Assembly (NCBI GenBank): GCA_904063045.1
Contig: CAJFCJ010000009.1
Coordinates: 1,302,968 to 1,366,967, forward strand
Length of the DNA stretch: 64,000 bases
From: Dimorphilus gyrociliatus
Lineage: Eukaryota > Animalia > Annelida
Direction: 5' to 3'
In this document: positions 13,062-32,821 of the stretch, piece after piece
How positions within the stretch are numbered: the first letter of the stretch is position 1
Layout: each line of letters opens with the position of its first letter
Position numbers and translations under genes: made by a program
The notes under the pieces: generated by a model
Seen by the model: the letters and a program-made list of their open reading frames with translations, nothing else
Databases searched by the model: none
Told to the model about the DNA's origin: nothing

Positions 13062-16000
13062 ATGTTTGCCGGCAAAATAATTTTCTTATTTTTTTCGCTA
13101 AAAGTTCTTATTGATGGTGCCAAACTAAACACACCTAAAGTTTTATTGCCATACTATGCGTCTGAAGCCTCAAATACAACTTTAAAAGTTTCTGGAGAGG
13201 GATGTTTTCAATGGTTTGTATATCAGTTGCATTATCGCTCAATTAAGAACATTTGAACACATTCTATTTGAATTTAGGACATCTTCAAGAAACGACATTG
13301 CAACCATAAATCCAGTATTTCAAACTAATGGAAATGATCAAAAATGTGCTAAATCTGCAGTCGTTACAGCAGTCTCCAGGTTCCCACAACGTCGAACGAG
13401 CGTTATTACTGCTAAGGATGAAGGTATAAATACTATCTTCACATGATATAGATTTTTTAGTAGAATTGAATATTTCAGTGTCTGGTATGGTGCTAACTTG
13501 CAACGTTATTGTCGATGATATATATTCCATTGACATGGAAACAACTACCAGAGAACTGTACCTTGATGATTCCCCACTTCAGTTAATTATCACAGCTCAT
13601 GATAACGAAGGTAGCTTATTACAAAAGAAGTATCCTCTTTTGTTTAATCTATATTTTATTATTTAAGGAAACACATTTAGTTCTTTGGAAGGAGTTGAAT
13701 TTAAATGGACCCTACAGCCAGATGAAGGATTTGATATGGATCCTAACAAAATCATAAGGTGAGCATAAAAATAATTTATAAACTTTCAAATGTTTATTCT
13801 TTTTTTAATATCTTGTTTTATATTAAAAATTTTCAACTAAAAATAAAACACTCTGTTTACAAAGCTTCCCGCAAAGTAAATAACGTAGAAATAAAAATAT
13901 TTCAGCTATTCTATGTATATTTGTGTTGTTTCGATACCATTGAAACATTGAACAAAATTTTCTTTTTGCATAGGTTTCTTCCTTTTTCCCATTCATCATA
14001 CAAATCATCATCATGGAGCGTTCGACATTTAGAAGAAACCGGTCGACAAGGTTACACAGTATTATTGGAAGGCATAAAAACAGGAACTGCCAAAGTCAAT
14101 ACGAAAGTGGTTGCTCCCGCTTTCTCCAAAGTTCAGGCAACAACTATACGTCTGGTTGTGATCGCCAACGTTGTACTTGAACCATCATTAGCATTTGTTT
14201 TACCAAAATCGATATTGACTTTTAAAGTGTCAGTTTTAAAACAAGGAAGAGCTTATGACATGAACGATGACCAATTTGAATTAGAAACTAAGGAGGAAGA
14301 TTTTCTAAAATTGAATTATGGAACTTGCTGTTCTTTCACCGCTTTAAAAGTAGGTGAATCAGAAGTTATTCTTCATCATGTTGGAGTAAAGATTCGCGAT
14401 GGATTTCATGAACCTTCTGCAAGAATCGTCATTGAAACAGCAAAATACTTGTCCGTTGTAATTATGCCTGATAATATATGGGTCTTAGAAAAGCATAGGA
14501 CATATACTATTGTTGTTCATGTTTACTGCCAGAAAGATGAGAAAATGATTATGCCAGATAATTATGAAATGAGAACCAATATTCCCGAAGAATACTTTGA
14601 AGTCTTACAGTCATCTAAAAATCAAAGTTACTTCGTTGTTCGAGCGTTGAAAAGTGGTCATACATTGATCAAAGCTCAGATGGATAACATTATTGATGGA
14701 CATACCCCTTCTACTGTTAGTCGAACTGTGGAAGGAGAACAATCTGCCACTATTTTTGAGCCTTTAAGAGTCAAACCAAACGAAGTTTTTTTTCCATTTT
14801 TCCCTGATGTTCCCGCAGCTTATAGCTATAACTTGAAAGCCACTGGAGGATCAGGATCGTACACTTGGAAATCTAACGATACTTCCGTTTGCACTGTTCA
14901 ACAAGATGGAAAACTTGAATCTGGGAATGGAGAAACAGCTGTTATAACAGCCACTGACGAAAGAAATAGGAATCATTTTGCAACTGCAGTCGTTCGGGTT
15001 GTACCGCCAGGCGGTGTTCAATTCAGACCACATAAAGTTGAAGCAGTAATCGGAGAGAGTCTTGAATTGGATATTGATCTTTTAACAAAAGATAGACAAA
15101 GTTTTGCAGTATGCACCAAAGCGCCTTTTGAGTTTAGAATAAGAGAGAAAGATATATTTGTGTTAGATGAGGGAATATATCCAAGTGAACGAGGATGCGG
15201 AATGATCAGAGTTAAAGCGCTAATACAAGGATATACAGAAGTAACTGTAGAACTACCAACTCATGGCATTAAAGCTGCCATAACAATAGCAGCTTACGAA
15301 CCACTTGCCTTGACCATGCCGAATGATTATATTATTTTAAGTCCAGGATCTTCATTTCCTGTTAACTTTGAAAATGGGCCAAGACCATGGATATTGGAAC
15401 CAGGTTCTTTTGATCCAAAAATAATAATTAATAATCCGGAATTTCTTGATGCTCGCTACGAACCGACTGGTTTCGAAAAGCATACAGTTAGGGCAGTTTG
15501 CCTGAATTTTGGTGAAAACTCCTTTTCTCTTCAAATAGGCAATGCTAAGACTAAATCAAATCCTCTACCTGTAATATCATCTTTAAATTTTACTGTATTT
15601 TGTAGTCCTGTTGCCTCTATGGATCTTTATCCAGTTATCAATCGTCCAAGAGATATGTCTCAGTGCCCTTTGGAAAGTTTAGCATCAAAAACTAGGCTGC
15701 CCGTATTCTCATCTCATGCTATCACTTTCAACTTACGAATCTTTGACTCTCAACGTCGGTTGTTCGATAACTCTTCTTCTTTAGATATCAAATGGGGGGT
15801 TTCTGACAGGAAAAAAGCAAATTTTCTAAATGAATTTCCTCAGAATGATACTTCAAAATCTTTAAGCATACAGGATCAACTGGGAGATTTAACGGCTACT
15901 GCGTATATAAAAGAATTTAAACGAAGCTACCTTGAACATCATTCAGCTAAAGTTTCTCAAATTCTCGATAGAAAAGTTGAGCAAAGCGTTGAATTAATTA

Positions 16001-19000
16001 TTGTTGAACAAGTAAAAGTAGAACCAAAATACGCTAAATTGTATAATCATCCCAACAATGTTCTAAATATAAATATTAAAGGTGGATCGAAATTTTTTGA
16101 TGTCAAAGCAAGCCCACAGGAGATCGTGGACGTGCATTTAATCAAAGGAGACCAGCCCCAACTGGAACTTCGACCATTGAAAGAAGGGCAGACTGTTGTG
16201 ACAGTGTCTGATTTGTGCCTTGCATCAGATCTTGCTCAGGCTACTATAACAGTTTCGGACGTAAATAATATAATTGTGGATGTTCCTGATAAAGTTCAGC
16301 TACATCAACATATAAAAGCAATTGTGAGAGTATTAGACGTGAATAATGCAGAGATTCTAGCAAGTAACTTCGATCAGATGAGATTAAGACCAAAATTAGG
16401 CTCTAACATAATTTCTCTTAAGAAAAGTCGGGATAAACTGAATCCAAATGCTATCGAAATGGAATTTCTAGTAACAGGTGAGGCCACAGGATTTACATCT
16501 CTGGCTTTCGAAGCAATTTCGCCTAGTGGTGCTGAATTGTATAGTAATCCTATAACTATTCAAGTATTTCCGCCTGTAACTATCGATCCAGAAGTTATTA
16601 CAATGATAGTTCATTCATCTTTTCAAGTGAGCATTTCAGGGGGTCCAAAGCCAAGAGCGGAAATTATTAGTAACATCAACGACGAGAATGTTGCTAAAAC
16701 AACAACTGAAGGACTGATAACTGCCCTGAAATTAGGAGAAACAAGATTGAGTGTGAATTGTTATATTAAATCAAACGGCAAACAAGTACACCTCTCTTCT
16801 CATACTGTGCAAGTTTTCGTGGTTAAAATCACATCATTAAAATTATGGACTCCGCTTTCTAGCTTCTACGTCGGAAATGAAATGCCCATATACCCTATAC
16901 CTTTTAGTAAGCATACTAAAACGGAGCTCAATGCTATGACGTTTGGAACGGTTGGATTGAAGTTTACTTGGAATATTAGCGATTCAAAGGCTGTTGATCT
17001 TCGACATCTTATGCAACAAACAGGAATGAACTATCAAGTAACGGATGTAAATAATATGGCTATGAGATTAAGAGCTCATGAATCTGGTACTGTTTTTGTA
17101 ACATTGAAAATAACTTCATCTTATCCGGATCAACTAGACAAAGATGAACTGATCGATAGAATAGAAATAACTGTACGAGATCGATTTCGTATGATTATTC
17201 CACCAATGATAATAGATGAAATACTTATAACACCAGACACAAAAGCAACTCTAAGAGGTAAATATGAAAATGTGAAATTTAGTGTTGTCCAACAAACATC
17301 TAAATTATCGATAAATGACGATGGAACTCTAATTTCTGGAAGTGAAACCGGATTTTGTACCCTGTATGTGTCCGATATGGATAATAATACTCTTACTCAA
17401 ATTCTTGTCAGAGTTAAGAAACCAAGCTATATTATGCTCTCGAATAAGAATCAAATGGCGACAAAAAGGCCAATATCTGTTGTTCCAAAAGGAGTGAATT
17501 TAAATTTTACTATAACTGTACACGACAATAATGGCGATATCTTCACATTTGCCGATATGATTGTAAAAACAAGAACATCCCGGCCTGATGTTGGTAGAGT
17601 ATCTAAGGATGACTCCCTTGCTATAGACTTTAGAGCTCTAAATACTGGTCATACATTGTCCGAAATATGGTTCGAAAGTAACAAGGAGCGCATCTCAGAT
17701 TATGTTAGCCTAAATGTTGGTGATGTTTTGATTCCATCAAATGCAAAAATTATGATCGGACAAGTTTTGTGCTTTGTATCACCTTTTAAAAAGATTAGAG
17801 AAGAACTCTGGTTAGCTAAATCTGATCAGCAAAGTGTAACTATTACCAGGGAAGGAATTGCGACCGGGACATCTCTAGGATTAGCAACTATTAGTTACTT
17901 AGTGGACGGATTGGTAATGCAGAGCAATGTTGAGGTCATGGACATAAATAATGTGGCTTTTACTGGAGGAAGCTCAGACAATCTTGTTATTCCAATAGAG
18001 AAAAATTTTACTAATGTAGTAACACTGCCCGTAAAACTGAGCTCACAACACTTAAGCAACTCGGAAGTTTTTGGTAAGTTTTTTACATACTTTCTCTGCG
18101 AAGTAGTTTTTAATCAAAATTTTTAATTCAGACAAAAACTGCGATAGAGCAAAATTGCAATTAACGTATATAGAGGAAAAGCTACCTATATCTTGTAGCG
18201 CATCATTGGAAGTCCTTGAAGAGCCCTATGGTACTCATCTAGAGGCGAGAGACTTTGTTCACGTTGAAGCTGGTATAGATTATGCAACTAATTCATACGT
18301 GTGTAGATTAAGAGCTCTGAGTGTCCGCAAAGCTGATTCTTCATGGGCAAAGTTGCAGGCTAAAATTTTTGTTGAGGCTAGTGTAGAAAATCAATTAAGC
18401 TGTATAACTCCTCTGAGCCTACGACTACCGATATACGTAAACGTAGAGCGAATAACTATAGCTACCGATGGAACAGAATCGCTGTTTTTCGTTGTGGCTA
18501 CTTCTACCGTTTTAGACGAAGTAAGCATAAAAGTAGCCAATGAAAAACTTTTGACCATTAAAGAGCAAGTTAAGGATAGTAAAAACGGAGAACTAAAAGT
18601 TTACGTAGCTGTAAAATGTATTCACTGTCTGTCAAGAATTGTTGAAGAGGAATTTGCTAGCGATATTCATATTGATAGTCCTCTGACGAAAGAGAGCGTT
18701 ACAGTCAAAGTTTTCGTCAAAAAATCATACGAACCGAGAGAAGAACATATATCAAACATATTCCCATCGATGTCTACGACAAGTCTGCTCATTGCACTAA
18801 TTCTCGTTCTTTGCATTTTCATAAGTATGTTAATTTTTTATAAATGAAAATCTCGCTACTTTTTTTTTTCAGTTCTTGCTCTGCGTAGTACGAACAGTGT
18901 TGAAGATAAAATGAGACAACCTTCAATGAGCAACCAAATGAATAATAGTACAAATGGTTCCTCATTATCTCCTACTCGTGCTCCTACACGTACGTACTAT

Positions 19001-19208
19001 ACATATGTATATATATATATATACAGTATATGTTTTTGTGATTAAATCTAACTTTTCTCCTCTCACAGCATTTTTGTGGAGTGCAGCAAAGTTATCATCA
19101 CCTCCCTCTCCAGCTAATGCATATTCTCCAATGAGCCCGACGAGATTCTCCCCTCCTGACAATTTGCGCCATCGTAACTATTCATTAAACACGTCTAATT
19201 CACGTTAA
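13062..19208 (+). CDS. NUP210: Nuclear pore membrane glycoprotein 210
   Basis: Signal peptide then AKLNTPKVLLPYY...GCFQW; GNTFSSLEG; ENGPRPWILEP; long Ig-like repeat region (exon 13974-18073); C-terminal TM LLIALILVLCIFISMLIFY and S/P-rich tail. Confidence 0.93.
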
Positions 19209-19368
19209 GTAATTGTGACTTTAAAAGTGTATACGGTTGTACATATATTTCTCTCTCACTCTCTATATATATACACTAATATATATATATATTTACACCT
19301 ATATATGTACATACATATATATATATTTTTCTCTTTTTTATTGTAAGTTTTGTATAATTTTACAAGGC

Positions 19369-19726
19369 TCAGTTTTTTTCCGTCAAGTAATCTTGTACAG
19401 ACTTCTCCACAACTGTATATTGAGATGGTTCAAGTGTTACTTCACTAATAATTCTTTCTGAATCAGACTTTTTCGTCAAGCTGAGATACTTTTGTGCTGT
19501 AAAAATCGTAATAAAGAATCAAATTGTATATGTAAAAAGTACATCTGTAAGAACTTGACTACAAACCGTTTCCCATTTTATCCCATTCTTCACCTTTATT
19601 TTTCTTAACTATCTGATAAACTGCGTATGCCATTAAATTCCATCCAACAATAAAAGTTACAATGTTTCGAGGTTTGGATAGCCTTGAAATATTCTGATTA
19701 GGATCTCCGAAGCGGTATTTTCTCAT
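19369..19726 (-). CDS. 95-aa single-pass membrane microprotein, 2 exons; not in the ORF track
   Basis: Exons 19726-19567 and 19496-19369, phase-1 GT-AG intron joins in frame: MRKYRFGDPNQNISRLSKPRNIVTFIVGWNLMAYAVYQIVKKNKGEEWDKMGNAQKYLSLTKKSDSERIISEVTLEPSQYTVVEKSVQDYLTEKN*. Confidence 0.75.
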
Positions 19727-21262
19727 GGCTCAATACAAAGCTATATTTCGATGGGGGCTGACATTTTAAAACAAAAAATGTTCTGAAACAATTTTGATAG
19801 GCAATGTCTTTAATAATAGGCCTATAAATTCAGGATTAAGAACTATAGTTTTCGGTGCTTTGCGAAGAAAGGAACGGTTTGAATTTGTTTCTTTTGGACT
19901 TATTACGGATAAAGTTAGCAAACAAATTGAAGCCCCCAATTCTTAGGCCTATATTCGGTCACATTCCTCGCGCCATTCGTTCCTTCTCCCCAATCACGTG
20001 ACCTTCTTCTCAACCGTCTATTGGCTATCATGATTTCGCAACGAATTATTCATTTCTCTACATCAAAAATGGCAGAACAGTGCAGATCGGCGTGAAGTTT
20101 CGAACGATTTCGTTCTATTTTCCAGTTTGATCGTCTTTGCAAATGGATTAGAATGTGCAACGATTGCAGTTCGTATTTTTGTTTGATAGTATCAAGGTTA
20201 TCATCGTTGTAAATCAGATTATATTGGGAATTTGGCATACGGAGTATTAAACGTCGTATGACGTTCACCGTCTGTTTCTCTTATCACCCTTTATCAACGA
20301 TAAGACCATAAACGCCTTCTACTGAATTTATCGATCACGATAGGCGTCGAATTTGAATAGGCGTCAGTCTCTTGCATCGATGCTTACGAACGATTATCCA
20401 TTCCACGCCCAGTTTTGGGCGGCAAATCGATATGAAAATGTTCGATTTTAAGCCTACACGGGCGGGCGTTGCCAGTGTCAAACTTATGGCTTCCTTTGAA
20501 ATTAGTGCGTATAATTAAAGTCACTGGAAGGTTGTACGTTTTATACAGTGTTATCTTGCTTTGTTTGCTGCTAACAATATTTGTCACTACTAAAGCTTAG
20601 GCTTTTATTGTTTTTCGATTATATCTTATTAATAAGTGTATTCCTGTATAACAAAGTGAATTTACGCTTTAAAATCGATCTTTTCTGTCTTTGTGACAAA
20701 CTCGTTTGAAGTCGTTCTTTTGAAAGTTGTATATTTACAATATAAGGAAGTATTAGAGGAGTAGGCGGCCTACTGCTTTATATGCAGCATATTTGTAAAA
20801 GTAACGTCCAATTAAATACTAGCAATTCAGGTAAAAAGTTTACCAATCCTTTCAATTAATTGATTTTTTTTATTTCAAAGAAATAATTAAAAGCTTAAGG
20901 AAGCTGAAAATTGATCATAAAAACGAAAAAGCTTTAAATATGAAATTCTCTATTAAATTTGAAGTTAATTTCAATGTTATAGAGTATCTATTAAACAATT
21001 TAGACAATCATAACAATATTAGCTATTTCTAGTATAACTAAATAAAGCGATCTTCTTCAACATCTTTATTAGACTAATTGAAGTCTCATTTGTTAAGTTT
21101 CACGCCTTCCTGCGTATTTTTAGCCTAATTGCAGCTTGTTGCGGCTATAATTGCACATAGTTTGTAACATCGATTTTCGAATAGTGTTTAGAGCAATCTG
21201 TCGCACATTAAATTTCTAAATGTTTTTTTACAGTAGATTAAAAGAGTAAACGATCGGCCGAA

Positions 21263-27921
<6,659 letters not shown>

Positions 27922-28365
27922 AATAAAAGGCACTTGATCGCCACCGTATTTCGAGCACCACCACAACACTGCAGAAGGAAAAAATTAACTGTAATTTCTT
28001 ACACTTACATGCAAACTTTCATCCCATCATATTTTTGTTTATAGTTTTAGTTTTAATTTTAATGAGGAAATTGTATTATAATATTCGTTTCCTAAAACGT
28101 TGTTTCGATATGATTCTGGAATCGTTCGTTCCTCGAATGTGTAATAACCCTGTATGGGTTTATTACAGAAGATAAAAATTACCTGTCGGAATCTCTTGTG
28201 ACATTTTATACGGTAGTTGTAGCCTGTGATGAGTTTGTCTCTTTAGTTAAATACTCATCCAAATTTTTTAAGTCATCCTTTCTAACAAACTAGTATTGTC
28301 TCCAAGAATTGTATATCACGGAAATGATTGATTGCATGACGAAAATACAATTATTTTTGAAAACT

Positions 28366-29207
28366 TCATTTATGACCACTTTCTACAAGCATACTTTCTA
28401 ATAAAAAGTCGTGCTGTAACTCAATGTAAGGTTCATGTATCCACGCTGATGAATAAAATATTAAAAGTTCCTTTTCGGCATAGTTATGACATATATTCTT
28501 AAATATCATTTTCTTAAGTTCTAATTCCTTTTCATACATTCTTAGCAATCTTTCACTTTGTTCTCCTGAACATTGAGTAAAGTATTAAACATTAATTGGC
28601 TCTTTATATAAAGAAATGATTAATAAACCTACCGAATTCACTGATTGTCCAAGTTTGAAATAATGGCTGTTCCACAATTGAATCATCATTTCGGAAAAGT
28701 TCCAATTGTTCAATGCCTTTCAAACTTTTATTTAGTGCTTGAAACTTATTAACGTAATGTTCCTACAAAGATAAATGATATATTGATCAGAACAATAGGA
28801 CTATAAATTGATTTACCATCTTTTCTATTATATTTTCAAGTGTAGAAGTCTTTGGTAACAACATTCTAATGATTTCTTCTGACTTAGTAGCATTATTCTC
28901 TTCAGATAGTATCTCAGTTATTTCAGCTAGGCATTTAGAACCATCCAGAACACATTTCTTCCATTTCTGAATGTAATTATATAAGTCAGCAATGTTATCT
29001 TTTACTTTTCTAGCATCTCCCGTCAACCTTCCTTTTAAGGGACTACGTCCGGATTGCACTAAAACGAGCGATAATAGATGATTCTAATGAATAATTTTTT
29101 TATTTAACTAGTGATATACCATTGATAGGGGAAAATTGAAGCGTATCGGGAGTAGGTGATTGGAAGGATGTATTAAGGGACCTGTCAACTTTAGGAGTAT
29201 TGCTCAT
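28366..29207 (-). CDS. CINP: CDK2-interacting protein
   Basis: LTGDARKVKDNIADLYNYIQKW and C-terminal MLRMYEKELELKK...SAWIHEPYIE...LLESMLVESGHK* match the CINP pattern. Confidence 0.85.
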
Positions 29208-29329
29208 TACTTAAACTTTTAAATTAAATGGCCGTACACGCCATCTGGTGATACAAAAGTAAAAAGCCGGAAATCATGAGACTCGCATCCGGTGTTTTTC
29301 TAACATTTTTTGTCATTGGATATATAATT

Positions 29330-29339
29330 GTCACGTGAC
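29330..29339. promoter_or_regulatory. Palindromic E-box GTCACGTGAC (USF/MiT-TFE type) in the CINP/MAPRE divergent promoter
   Basis: Perfect 10-bp palindrome between the two start codons. Confidence 0.45.
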
Positions 29340-29598
29340 ACATTAGAAAAAACCGACCCGGGACGAGCGTTTCTGATTTTGTCATCAGTTCAAAAAAACC
29401 CAGGTATTTATCATAGAATTAGTGTTATTTAACGAAGATTTCGAATCAGTATGTTAAGAGGGATGAACACGCAAAAATCATAGTGAAAATCCCGTAGATC
29501 AATCGTTATGAATCATTCCTGTGTCCGTCATGAGATGGTAACCGTTGGAAATGTGTTTTTCAGTTAGAAATCAAGAACAGAGAGTTTAAAAAACGACT

Positions 29599-31890
29599 AT
29601 GGCTGTTAATGTATATAATACAAGCGTAACTGCCGAAAATCTAAGTCGGCACGATATTCTAGTATGGATAAACGAAACATTGGACGCTAACTATTCAAAA
29701 ATTGAAGAGTTATGCTCTGGTAAGTTATCCTATACATAACTATATATAATATAAATAAATATATATATAAAAATAAAACTTATTCAAAATAGGTGCGGCT
29801 TATTGCCAATTAATGGATTTGCTCTTTATAGGTAGTATCTTGTACATTCATTTAAAGATATTAAATATATTATTTAAGCCCAAACGTAATTATTTCTACA
29901 AAACAGAATCGGTACCGATAAAAAGAGTAAAATTTCAAACCAAACTTGAGCACGAATATATCAGTAATTTCAAGATTTTACAAAACGCTTTTAAAAAAGC
30001 GGGTGTCGACAAGGTTATTAAACTAAATGACAAACGTTATGCTATTTTTTTTTAACTTTCCATAACAAAAATCTTGAAAAAAAAAATAACGAAAATATCT
30101 TTCTTTTTTCTTTTCCTTCCTTTTCCCTCCCTCTCTCTCTCTCTCTCTCTCTCCTCTAATATTAAATTGTTCACTATCCTTATTAAGTTTAGTTATTTTT
30201 TTTTTCTGGTTAATTATTATATGCATTCTTGTGTATTATTGCAAGTTTATTTATATTAGTGTAATGTTTACTTTATACGCAATAGTATTCAAAAGAACAA
30301 AAAAAAAAGAACATTCTAATCGTCTCTCTTTAACACATTTTTTTTAAAAAAAAGAATCTTTTTTTTTTTCCATTCGCTTTCAATATTCGATATAAATTCT
30401 TATTATAATTATATTACTCCTCTACCGCTTCCCTTATCATTATTTATGATTATTATTATTAATAATATACTACTTTTAAGAATATTTATCTTTATGGAAT
30501 ACTTTTTTTTTCTAACTTTGTTTCTCCCTAACGCTGCTTCTTTTTATGTTTCTCTATTGCAATTTTTAACCAGACGCAATAAGCTTGAAGAGAGTGAAAT
30601 TTAACACGCAATTAGAGCACGAATATATTAATAATTTCAAGATATTCCAACAAGCCTTGGGTCGAGTAAATATCGACAAGGTGATTTTGAAATCTTATGT
30701 TATTTTTCACTTATATTCTTTCTCGTTTTTAATCTGTTTTGTTTTGTAATTACTATTATTTTATTATTATTATTATTATTATTATCATCAATCTTGATGT
30801 GCCTTCTCTACAAACCACCGCTCGTCTCTACCACTGCAATAGGAAGAGACCATCTAGCTATATTTATCATTTGTAGCAAGCGAAAAAAAAAAGACACATT
30901 ATATTGTATTAATTGCTTATAGAGTTGTGGCCTTAATTGTTCTAACCGCATTATAATTATGCCTAATATCGACATGTATTCCTTCTTTGCTTTTGTTTTT
31001 TTTTTTTTTGTTGTTCTGTTTTTTAATTTATTCTCTTTGTTCCTTACACATTTTTTTCTTCTCAATCTTCTATTATTTAAAAAATAATAATTTTTGTCTT
31101 TTTAATTGTTTTTTTTTTTTAAAAAAAAACAGTTAATTCCTGTTGAGAAATTGGTTAAAGGAAAGTTTCAGGATAATTTTGAGTTTGTACAATGGTTCAA
31201 GAAATTTTTTGACGCTAATTACGATGGATCGGAGTATGATGCTAGAGCTGTTAGAGGTGGTGTACCACTTGGTCGGGTAGATAATAAGAAAGCTGGAGGA
31301 GCTTTGACTAGACCCGTTCCAAAAAGTGTTCCCGTTTCGAATAATAAAGCGCCTGCTAGACCCATGCCAGCTAAAGGTATATACTAATAGACTTTGAATT
31401 GTTACAAAACAGAATGCTTGTTATGGAGATTTATATTCTTTGTTATTTCCAGCTCCAACTAGGACTGCGGCACCAAAAGCCAATTCTGGCGCTAGACCCG
31501 CAGCTGCAGTAAAACCTATTCCAGTATCAAATGATAACTCCGTTTCGAATAATGGCAATGCAAAAGTAGATGAACTCCAGAAGGAAAATGACGATATGAG
31601 GCAAACAATTGAAGGTTTAGAGAAGGAAAGAGATTTTTACTTTGGAAAATTAAGAGACATAGAAGTTATTTGTCAAGAATTCGAAAACGAGGAAGGACAT
31701 CAAAGTATTGTCAAGAAAATTTTTGATATTCTTTACGCTACCGAGGTAAAACGTCGCTTTCAATAGTTTGTAAACGAAGTTATAAATAATTTAATCTTTT
31801 TTCTCAACAAACAATTAATAGGAAGGATTTGCGGTTCCCGATGAGGAAGCTGAGGGTGAAGCAGAGGAGCAAGAGCCCGAAGAATATTAA
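29599..31890 (+). CDS. MAPRE1: Microtubule end-binding protein EB1 (MAPRE family), with mutually exclusive exons 29907-30013 and 30574-30680
   Basis: [25 protein letters not shown]; CH domain; [16 protein letters not shown]; ends EEQEPEEY* (EEY tail). Confidence 0.96.
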
Positions 31891-32821
31891 CTCACGCAAA
31901 AATGAAAAAAAGAAAACATAGTAATTTATTATCAATAGTAAAGAAGATAAACACCGTGCTAATCATACACATTTTTCTGGATATATATATATATGTACAT
32001 GTGTGTATGTGTATATGTATATATGTAGCTGAAAAAAAAGAGAAGGCAAAATACGACCTTCAAACAAAAGTCTATAATCCCACCACCAATGAACAAAAAG
32101 AATGTGTTGTACTTTATTTTATTTCTCCGATTTATTAATATTATTGCTTTTCTATTTAATTTATTCTCAACCAATAACTTGAAAAAATATATATAAATAT
32201 ATGTATATACATGTATTTATATATATATGTATTTATAGACACGATTTAAACAAAGCTTTATACAAAAATTCCCGGTACTTTTTGTTATTCTCCTGCTACA
32301 TGTCTGTTACTCTCCCTATTTTTTTCACATCACTAACTTATACGCTCCCCTCCTACTCAACCATGTTTTGATAAAATTCAACACACAAGTGTCTACTTTA
32401 AAAAAATGTGTGATGTCTATTACTTTGGTTTTTACATTACGAATGCAAATTATGATTTTACTATGGATTTATATAATACCTAATAAAGTATTCTTTGAAA
32501 AGACCTTTATCACAATTGCATTGGTCTTTTAAGTGCGCTTCTTGGGATTGTCAATGTACTAATAATCTATTTTTAATGAATCGTAGAAAATTTGGTAAGC
32601 TTAACAAAAATCTAACATTACGTATCATCTGCTCCTGTCGTTTAACGTAGTCAAAATGCTAATAATAATAATAATAATATGAAATTTAATACATCGAACA
32701 GGAATATTTTCGAGTAGATTTATCTCTCATTGATATTATTATATTTGTGCTTTTCAAATGTTTTAAATATGATGGACGTTCCATTTAATTCAAATTAATA
32801 ACATTTATCATTAAATAGACA

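Noticed and set aside
13630-13641. GTATCCTC U12-like donor inside a NUP210 intron
   Set aside because: The upstream GT donor at 13611 gives the conserved in-frame EGNTFSSLEG; using 13630 would leave a 37-nt intron and a frameshift.
13759-13973. N-terminal MSIKIIYK... part of the 1455-aa ORF
   Set aside because: It is a 215-nt GT-AG intron of NUP210 that happens to be open in the downstream frame.
20040-20600. GC-richer stretch with short ORFs upstream of PLC-beta
   Set aside because: No recognisable domain and no consistent spliced frame on either strand; more likely promoter or 5'UTR sequence.
30795-30990. Possible third EB1 alternative exon
   Set aside because: No frame gives CH-domain similarity and stops intervene; kept only as a possible regulatory island.
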